Assembly (NCBI RefSeq): GCF_000970025.1
Contig: NZ_CP009528.1
Location: 893,168-917,167 of the forward strand
From: Methanosarcina barkeri MS
Lineage (GTDB): Archaea > Halobacteriota > Methanosarcinia > Methanosarcinales > Methanosarcinaceae
DNA length: 24,000 bases
Direction: 5' to 3'
Shown here piece by piece: positions 18,761 through 24,000 of this stretch. The position numbers were made by a program, and so were the translations under genes. Position 1 is the stretch's first letter. The number at the start of each line of letters is the position of its first letter. Under the pieces are notes generated by a model. It had not been told where the DNA came from and ran no database searches. It saw nothing but the letters and a program-made list of their open reading frames with translations.

Positions 18761-18895
18761 AATTGAAAAATGTATATTAACTAAATGTATATTATAATTA
18801 AATATAAATTTTAATTAAATGTGAATTTTAATTGAATGCAAATTTTAATTGAATGCAAATTTTAACTAAATGTAAATTTTAACTAAATGTAAATT
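18761..18895. repeat. Tandem repeat, 17-nt AT-rich unit (aattgaatgcaaatttt / aactaaatgtaaatttt), about 8 copies
   Basis: Units start at 18761, 18779, 18796, 18813, 18830, 18847, 18864 and 18881. Neighbouring units are pairwise identical (18830 = 18847; 18864 nearly equals 18881). The array starts 3 nt after the arlJ stop. Confidence 0.9.
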
Positions 18896-18944
18896 AACTA
18901 GAAGAGCTATAAAGAAAAATTCAGGGTTGGTGGGAGGTAACAGA

Positions 18945-19919
18945 ATGGATGCATTAAATAACTTGAAAATTAAAGGGCTAAAAAATCTAAAGATCAATGG
19001 ATTCAAATTTCTAAAAGTTAACGAATTAAAGCATTTGATACCTAAGCCTGGGGGCCGAGATGATATGGAACTGGGGGATTTGATAAAAAGTAAAAAGGAG
19101 GTTGAAATCAAAATCCGAACATTGTTTAGGGAAAAGGAAGATCTCGAATCCCGGATCGAAAAGAAAGAACTCGAATCCCGGGTTGAAAAGAAAGAACTCG
19201 AATCCCAAATTGAAAAGAAAGAACTTGAGTCCCGGACTGGTCGGCTTCAAGAAACCAAAGACGAAAAAAGGGACGAAATATCTGAGTTTCCCTGGAGAAA
19301 GGAAATCTTTCCCCCGCTTCGCAGAAATATGCATCACGAAGTATCCAGATCTCTTGAAGTTGAAACTGATACTTTGCAAAAAGAAGATACCGGAATCTCA
19401 GAGAGGATAGATAGCCAAACTGGTAAAAAAGTTGAAGAATCTGATAAATTTTTTAAATCAAAAGAAACCGGCGAAATCGAAGAGGCCAATATAACAGAGA
19501 TAGGGGTTAAAGAAGAAGCAAATTCTGCCGGTGAAAAAAATGATGTGAAAGGTGATGAAAAAGCCGATTTCGATGATATGAGAAAAAAAGCTGGAGAAAT
19601 TGCTTTTCTGGAAAATACAGACAAACCAGAAACTGTCGAGGTGGCTTTAGAAGATAATGAAAAAGGAGAAAATACAAGGCTTGTCTTAGAAAATAATAAA
19701 AAAGAAGAAGATAAAACTCCTGAAATGAGAAAAACTGAAAGTGAAAACCCTGCCCCTAGCATTTTTGGAAATAGCCTGATTCAGGAGTTGCTGGAAAGTG
19801 AGGAACTGTGCTCTGAGGAAGAGCAAAATTTCATGAAGTATATTGGGGAATCAAGTGTTTCTGAACTCATCGTAGATTTAAAAGAAGTAAAGGGCCTCCT
19901 TACCGAAGCAGGGTCCTGA
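18945..19919 (+). CDS. Glu/Lys-rich repeat protein of unknown function (probably coiled coil or disordered)
   Basis: The ATG at 18945 has SD ggaggt 6 nt upstream and is preferred over the listed TTG at 18927. N-terminal LK-periodic segment (LNNLKIKGLKNLKINGFKFLKVNELKHL). Four 9-aa repeats EK(K/E)(E/D)LES(R/Q)x. Long acidic tail. Same strand as arlJ and directly downstream of it. Confidence 0.6.
   Translation: MDALNNLKIKGLKNLKINGFKFLKVNELKHLIPKPGGRDDMELGDLIKSKKEVEIKIRTLFREKEDLESRIEKKELESRVEKKELESQIEKKELESRTGRLQETKDEKRDEISEFPWRKEIFPPLRRNMHHEVSRSLEVETDTLQKEDTGISERIDSQTGKKVEESDKFFKSKETGEIEEANITEIGVKEEANSAGEKNDVKGDEKADFDDMRKKAGEIAFLENTDKPETVEVALEDNEKGENTRLVLENNKKEEDKTPEMRKTESENPAPSIFGNSLIQELLESEELCSEEEQNFMKYIGESSVSELIVDLKEVKGLLTEAGS
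19131..19238 (+). repeat. In-frame 27-nt tandem repeat, 4 copies, inside the Glu/Lys-rich ORF
   Basis: gaaaag(g/a)aaga(t/a)ct(c/t)ga(a/g)tccc... Units at 19131, 19158, 19185 and 19212 encode EKEDLESRI / EKKELESRV / EKKELESQI / EKKELESRT. Confidence 0.9.
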
Positions 19920-20084
19920 AAGTCTGATTATTATATAAAAAACGAGCAGGAAACTCTTCGAATTGGGGGCATAAACAAATAATAGTACCTGAAAGCACTT
20001 GAAAGCATTTTTATGCCAGGAAAAACAAAAATAGTGACGGAAATCCCGCCACACGAAAATCCTGCCACAGAGCTCTTAAAGAAT

Positions 20085-20149
20085 AGTTCTTAAGATACAG
20101 CTTTAGAAGGAAGTTCTTAAGATACAGCTTTAGAAGGAAGTTCTTAAGA
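20085..20149. repeat. Tandem repeat, 27-nt unit agttcttaagatacagctttagaagga, 2 perfect copies plus 11 nt
   Basis: 20085-20111 and 20112-20138 are identical; 20139-20149 is partial. The array lies 18 nt downstream of the stop of the minus-strand small ORF. Confidence 0.95.
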
Positions 20150-20166
20150 GTTTGCTCTTGTTTTTT

Positions 20167-20382
20167 TCACTGATGGAAAAGTCCTTCTTTTGCTTTATTA
20201 AGGTGTTTATTTGCTTCCTCCATTTTACTGGCAGCTTCAAGGATATCCTCGGAAGCTTCAAGAAAACCATCTTTTTTGGCTCTCTGGGCCCATTCTTTGA
20301 AACTCTCAATGTGGCTTTCGTTATGTTCAATCCAGTGCTCAATCAAATGTGAAAGGTTATCGTGACTAAGTTCTTCAGTAAT
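20167..20382 (-). CDS. Small His/Glu-rich helical protein (unlisted frame); start codon uncertain
   Basis: Manual reverse-complement translation gives (I)TEELSHDNLSHLIEHWIEHNESHIESFKEWAQRAKKDGFLEASEDILEAASKMEEANKHLNKAKEGLFHQ*. Stop TGA is at 20169-20167. Strong SD ggaggg (20394-20389) is preceded by an in-frame TGA. The codon 6 nt after the SD is ATT (20382-20380). The first canonical start is TTG at 20346 (59 aa, below the track cutoff). Confidence 0.6.
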   Translation of the reverse strand: MTEELSHDNLSHLIEHWIEHNESHIESFKEWAQRAKKDGFLEASEDILEAASKMEEANKHLNKAKEGLFHQ

Positions 20383-20484
20383 AGTTTTCCCTCCTGTTCA
20401 AAATATATACGATTCATGGTATAAATGCCCGCTGGATATAATTAGATTTTTTTTAACGATTTCTTGAAAAGATAGAAAATAAAG

Positions 20485-20570
20485 GTACTGTCAAGTTGAT
20501 GGGTGTTAGACATTCTATAGGCTCGACTGTAGCTGGGAAAATTCCTTAACATCCGTCAACTTAACAGTAC
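20485..20570. repeat. 86-nt hairpin (terminal-inverted-repeat) element, copy 1
   Basis: gtactgtcaagttgatgggtgttagacattctataggctcgactgtagctgggaaaattccttaacatccgtcaacttaacagtac. Arms of about 25 nt are inverted complements around a loop of about 35 nt. About 6 mismatches relative to copy 2, same orientation. Confidence 0.9.
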
Positions 20571-21074
20571 CCCAAAATTAATTTTTCTCTTAAAAATTTG
20601 TCGACTGAACTAATAAAAATGAACCTTAAAATTATTCCACATCACTAAATTACATCTATCTTGTGTAATAATAATTAAATCTATGAGAAAATGCTATTGC
20701 ATAGCTAAATTGTAGGGTATTATTCCACAAAAATTTATTGATAAATAAATACATTTGGACTTTTTCTTTTTTATAAAAAATCAAGTGTCTTGCGGCGTCT
20801 TTTATCATATATTATGATTTTGGTCGATGTCTCTAAATTATAAAACAGGAATTTTTATAGACTTAACATATAGATGAAAATTATTATTTTTGGCATATAG
20901 CTCGTTAAATTTATTTGCAATTAAACTAAGGTTATTTATGGAGTTTGAAAGTATTTTCCAAGTTCAGGTGAGCTCCATAAAGTACACTTAAAGAGGCATA
21001 ATTAAGTTAGCTGTGCGTTTATTTAAGCTCGCTTTATTTTGTCTCCTATATATAAAATTACTGGGAGTAATGAA

Positions 21075-21176
21075 ATGATTAAAAATAAGGTTAAAACAAG
21101 TGTAATCTTTGCAGCAATCTTGCTAATGAGCATTGCTTTTGTGTCAGCTGTTAAGTGCACAGGAGAATGCACCTAA
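21075..21176 (+). other. Orphan signal-peptide reading frame upstream of, and out of frame with, the protease body
   Basis: The ATG at 21075 (SD gggag 7 nt upstream) encodes MIKNKVKTSVIFAAILLMSIAFVSAVKCTGECT* with stop TAA at 21174-21176. This is a classic n-h-c signal peptide with a VSA cleavage-type end. The frame differs by +1 from the 21133 ORF. Confidence 0.7.
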
Positions 21177-22188
21177 TGAGCTAAACGCGACTACGGAATT
21201 AACTTTTGGGCCGTGGACTCTTGATGAACTGAAAAGTAATCCAGATTTTATTTCTGCTTATGGAAGTATACCCAATTTTACAACTTCTGATGAGAAAAGA
21301 CAGTGGCTTTCTAATCTAGATACAATATATACTAAAGCTGATAAAAATTATGACAAGGAAATATCAAAGTATTTCTATCCAAATGGCTCTGTTATTGCTT
21401 ATGGTTATAACATTGACGGTGTTCTAAAAGTGACAATCAAAAAAGGACAAAAATTAGATAAAGCTAAAGAAAATGAAATTAATAATCTATTTTCTAGTTA
21501 CGGACAAGAAATTGGAATAAAGGATACTCCAGTAGTATTTGTATATGGAGACCTTATAGTACCAACTAGTCGTTCTAGCTCATGGAGACCCTTAATTGGA
21601 GGCATAAAAATAGTTACAGATTATGGAACATCAACCCTTGGTTTCGCTGCAAAGACCAGTAGTGGAACTAAAGGTTTTGTTGTTGCTGAGCATGCTGCAC
21701 CATCTATTGGAAGTAGTATATATCAACCAACGGCATCAAGTGCAAATTTAGTAGGAAGCGTAACTACGTATAGTAACTATGCAGCCGATGCCTCGTGGGT
21801 AACATATTCTAATGTCAATGCAAAAATATATGATCATGATACTGATGTTACAAAAACTGTAAAATCGTATGGGGATCCCAGTGTTGGACAGTATGTTTAT
21901 AAATCAGGCATAGCAACAGGAAGAACAGCGGGTACTATTACTGACAAAACTAGTGTATATAATAATGGCCTTGGAAAAACTTTATCTAATCAATATCTTG
22001 TAGGATACAGATGCGATTATGGGGATAGTGGTGCTCCTGTATATGTTTATGTAACTAATGGTGTTAAGATTGTAGGAATTCACTGGGGAGGTATTGGAAC
22101 ACATACATCAACTGGCTTCTCGTCTTCAGTGTTTTCACCAGTTTCTGGAGTACATAATGATTTACATGTATATCCTCTAACAGCATAA
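21133..22188 (+). CDS. S1-family (streptogrisin/alpha-lytic protease-like) serine protease with N-terminal pro-like domain; as written it lacks its signal peptide (possible frameshifted gene)
   Basis: C-terminal half: LIGGIKI...STLGFAAKTSSGTKGFVVAEH(187)AA, NYAAD(219)ASWV, YKSGIATGRTAGTIT, CDYGDS(299)GAPVY, IVGIHWGG...FSPVSGV. N-terminal region of about 130 aa is paralogous to the next ORF. The frame is closed upstream by TGA at 21127. Confidence 0.75.
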   Translation: MLLCQLLSAQENAPNELNATTELTFGPWTLDELKSNPDFISAYGSIPNFTTSDEKRQWLSNLDTIYTKADKNYDKEISKYFYPNGSVIAYGYNIDGVLKVTIKKGQKLDKAKENEINNLFSSYGQEIGIKDTPVVFVYGDLIVPTSRSSSWRPLIGGIKIVTDYGTSTLGFAAKTSSGTKGFVVAEHAAPSIGSSIYQPTASSANLVGSVTTYSNYAADASWVTYSNVNAKIYDHDTDVTKTVKSYGDPSVGQYVYKSGIATGRTAGTITDKTSVYNNGLGKTLSNQYLVGYRCDYGDSGAPVYVYVTNGVKIVGIHWGGIGTHTSTGFSSSVFSPVSGVHNDLHVYPLTA

Positions 22189-22351
22189 ATGTGTAACCAA
22201 AAAATTTGTTCAGTACAGCTCGCCTTTGAAATGCTACGATAAAATAAACGTGAATATTATATAACTTGCTTATTCAAAGATGAGCTATACTGACTCTTTC
22301 TTTATTTTTAAGTTCAATATCTCTTGTTATAATATGGAATGGGGAAGCTAA

Positions 22352-23050
22352 ATGTGTTTAAAGATATTAAATATTGCACTATGTGTCGTATTGGTAACTA
22401 TTCTGTGGAACTGTGATTTAGGTTCTTGTTCTCAAAATGGAGATGATGTTACGGAAAATATAACACTTAGTTTTGGTCCGGAAACTCTTGATGAACTGAA
22501 AAACAATTCAAATTTTATTGCTGCTTATGGAAAAATACCTTCTTTTGGAAGTTTGGAGGAAAGAAAACAGTGGCTTAACAAACTTGACGAAGTATATACC
22601 GGAACCGATGCGGAAATGTCAAAGTATATGTATCCAAATGGCCCTGTTACAAGATATGGTTACAGCATTAATGGTGTTCTTGAAGTAGCGGTTAATGAAA
22701 CAATTGAAAAGTCTTTGATGGATGAAATATATAAGATCTCGGATTCAAAAGCAAGCAAAATGGGAATTAAGGAAATCCCACTTGTGTTTGTGCATGGAGA
22801 TCTAGCGGTGCCAGTAGTAGGTGAAGCTGTACCAACTATTGAAACAGTAAATTCATCGACATCTGAAGAAAAAAATGCTGTAGAACTCAATAATTCAATT
22901 AATAATAATCCTAAGCTCAATAACGAAAACAGTTCAAACATTGATAAATCAGGTGAAAATAAACCTAATAAAAATAATTCTGTCCCAGGTTTTGGGCTAT
23001 TGGGAAGCTTGATTTGTCTATACGGTGGTTGGAAGTTTAGGATAAAGTAA
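22352..23050 (+). CDS. Secreted, PGF-CTERM-anchored protein consisting of a paralog of the protease pro-like domain
   Basis: 232 aa. Signal peptide MCLKILNIALCVVLVTILWNCDLGSC (lipobox-like LGSC). Domain SFGPETLDELKNNSNFIAAYGKIPSF...YMYPNGPVTRYGYSINGVLEV...LVFVHGDL. Asn/Ser-rich linker. C-terminal PGFGLLGSLICLYGGWKFRIK (PGF begins at 22985). Confidence 0.8.
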   Translation: MCLKILNIALCVVLVTILWNCDLGSCSQNGDDVTENITLSFGPETLDELKNNSNFIAAYGKIPSFGSLEERKQWLNKLDEVYTGTDAEMSKYMYPNGPVTRYGYSINGVLEVAVNETIEKSLMDEIYKISDSKASKMGIKEIPLVFVHGDLAVPVVGEAVPTIETVNSSTSEEKNAVELNNSINNNPKLNNENSSNIDKSGENKPNKNNSVPGFGLLGSLICLYGGWKFRIK

Positions 23051-23068
23051 GTGGTATAGTGCTTTTCT

Positions 23069-23097
23069 GATGTGTACATATTTGTACACCATCTTTT
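23069..23097 (+). terminator. Hairpin plus T4 downstream of the PGF-CTERM gene
   Basis: gatgtgtac (23069-23077) / atattt / gtacaccatc (23084-23093, one bulge), then tttt (23094-23097). It lies 19 nt after the stop. Confidence 0.4.
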
Positions 23098-23216
23098 CGG
23101 GTTCCGTTGCAAAAAATCTCAGAATAAGCACGTAAATGTATGGATAATGAACAAAAGTTAAAATATTCCAGAAAATGTATCAATATTATAGAACTATTCC
23201 AAATATCAAGGCCGGA

Positions 23217-23302
23217 GTACTGTCAAGTTGATGGGTGTTAGACACTCTATAGGCTCGACTGTAGCTGGGAAAATTCCTTAACACCTGCCAACTTGACAGT
23301 AT
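23217..23302. repeat. 86-nt hairpin (terminal-inverted-repeat) element, copy 2
   Basis: gtactgtcaagttgatgggtgttagacactctataggctcgactgtagctgggaaaattccttaacacctgccaacttgacagtat. Same orientation as copy 1. The left arm and most of the loop are identical (one loop mismatch); most differences are in the right arm. Confidence 0.9.
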
Positions 23303-23440
23303 CAAAATATATTAAAAGAGCGAATAGGTAAAAAATTATCAATGATATGTAATTTGATAAGTAACATAGTTTAAAATCCTGAAAGTTAAGGATCAGGTTT
23401 CGAACTATTCTGCCTGAACGCTCACATATAATATTTGTTC

Positions 23441-24000
23441 TCAGATTTGAACTGTCCTTGGATCAGTAATTTCTCCTGCCAGTGCCGAGGCTGCTGCGGT
23501 TGCAGGGGATGCCAGGTAGATAAAACCGCCTTTTCCCATCCTGCCCTTAAAGTTTCGGTTTGCGGTTGAAAGGCAGACTTCTCCTTCCCCGAGCACTCCC
23601 TGATGGGCGCCAAGACAGGGTCCGCAGCCAGGGGTTGCAAGCGTGATGCCTGCTTTGAGTAGAGTTTCCATCGTTCCGTTCTCAATTGCTGCAAGTAGGG
23701 TCGTGCGGGATGCAGGAATTACAATAGTTCTGACTGCAACCTTTTTTCCTTTAAGGATTGCTGCTGCGACCTCGAGGTCTTCAAGTCTGCCATTTGTGCA
23801 CGTCCCTATGAAAACCTGGTCTATGTGGGTACCTTCAACTTCTCCCACAGGTTTCACGTTGTCAACCTGATGCGGGCAGGCTACCTGAGGCTCGATATCT
23901 TCAGCAGAGTAAACGGGTTCTTTTACATAGACTGCGTCCTGATCGGCATAAACCGGCTCATAAGGAGCAGCTGCCCGATTTTTCAGGAAGTTAAAGGTTT
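23441..24000 (-). CDS. Aconitase-family dehydratase large subunit (3-isopropylmalate dehydratase LeuC or homoaconitase HacA), C-terminal part; continues beyond window
   Basis: The frame is open to the window end: ...[37 protein letters not shown]...[35 protein letters not shown]...[19 protein letters not shown]. Cluster-ligand Cys motifs are present. The LeuC and HacA paralogs cannot be separated by eye. Confidence 0.88.
   Translation of the reverse strand, partial: TFNFLKNRAAAPYEPVYADQDAVYVKEPVYSAEDIEPQVACPHQVDNVKPVGEVEGTHIDQVFIGTCTNGRLEDLEVAAAILKGKKVAVRTIVIPASRTTLLAAIENGTMETLLKAGITLATPGCGPCLGAHQGVLGEGEVCLSTANRNFKGRMGKGGFIYLASPATAAASALAGEITDPRTVQI

Noticed and set aside
18866-19111. 81-aa minus-strand ORF spanning the 17-mer array and the start of the Glu/Lys-rich gene
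   Set aside because: It is read from AT-rich repeat and antisense coding sequence, with no SD.
19026-19762. ORFs 19026-19379 (minus), 19102-19410 (plus) and 19334-19762 (minus)
   Set aside because: They are alternative or antisense frames of the purine-rich repeat gene. The periodic low-complexity peptides mirror the 27-nt repeat.
20130-20352. Listed ORFs 20130-20342 (minus) and 20152-20352 (plus)
   Set aside because: Their translations look non-protein-like. A third frame on the minus strand has a strong SD and a coherent helical sequence and is the better gene model.
21130-21176. Programmed +1 ribosomal frameshift joining the signal peptide to the protease
   Set aside because: There is no recognisable slippery or hungry-codon context or downstream stimulatory structure at gct gtt aag tgc. 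A simple 1-nt indel or sequencing error is more parsimonious. It is kept as a minor alternative only.
22210-22293. 12-nt inverted repeat (tcagtacagctc / gagctatactga) after the protease gene as a terminator stem
   Set aside because: It has one mismatch and a 60-nt loop, so the structure is too weak to call. Only the following T-rich tract (around 22295-22309) is plausibly relevant.
22660-23112. 150-aa minus-strand ORF
   Set aside because: It is antisense to the PGF-CTERM gene, and its translation is low-complexity, mirroring the Asn/Ser linker.
23422-23870. ORFs 23422-23694 (minus) and 23643-23870 (plus)
   Set aside because: They are out of frame with or antisense to the LeuC/HacA CDS, which has unmistakable aconitase-family motifs.

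Overview
The window looks like a Methanosarcina-type (Methanosarcinales) euryarchaeal chromosome segment. It has long AT-rich spacers, Shine-Dalgarno-led genes, a PGF-CTERM protein and class I HMG-CoA reductase. Species was not determined and no database search was possible.

Layout, left to right:
- 1-4512: Opp/Dpp/Nik-type ABC importer genes. The ATPase is cut by the window edge and is followed by a family-5 binding protein and two permeases.
- 5016-7625: class Ia aminoacyl-tRNA synthetase, best read as ValRS.
- 8381-8749: small DsrE-like protein.
- 9645-10901: HMG-CoA reductase.
- 11651-18758: archaellum cluster arlB, arlCDE-like, arlF, arlG, arlH, arlI, arlJ.
- 18945-19919: Glu/Lys-rich repeat protein.
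- 20167-20382, minus strand: a small His-rich ORF that is missing from the ORF track.
- 20485-23302: a visibly more AT-rich two-gene cassette bracketed by two direct copies of an 86-nt hairpin element.
- 23441-24000, minus strand: 3' part of an aconitase-family dehydratase large subunit (LeuC/HacA).

Most interesting observations:
- The bracketed cassette encodes an alpha-lytic-protease/streptogrisin-like S1 serine protease with an unrecognised N-terminal pro-like domain. Next to it is a paralog carrying only that domain, with an Asn/Ser linker and a PGF-CTERM surface anchor. This is a candidate protease plus tethered pro-domain (inhibitor or foldase) pair.
- The protease gene's signal peptide lies in a different frame from its body, consistent with a 1-nt shift.
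- Almost every transcription-unit 3' end in the window carries its own locus-specific short tandem repeat array. There are about nine unrelated arrays, with units of 14-28 nt, and several start on or next to the stop codon.

All calls rest on reading motifs by eye.
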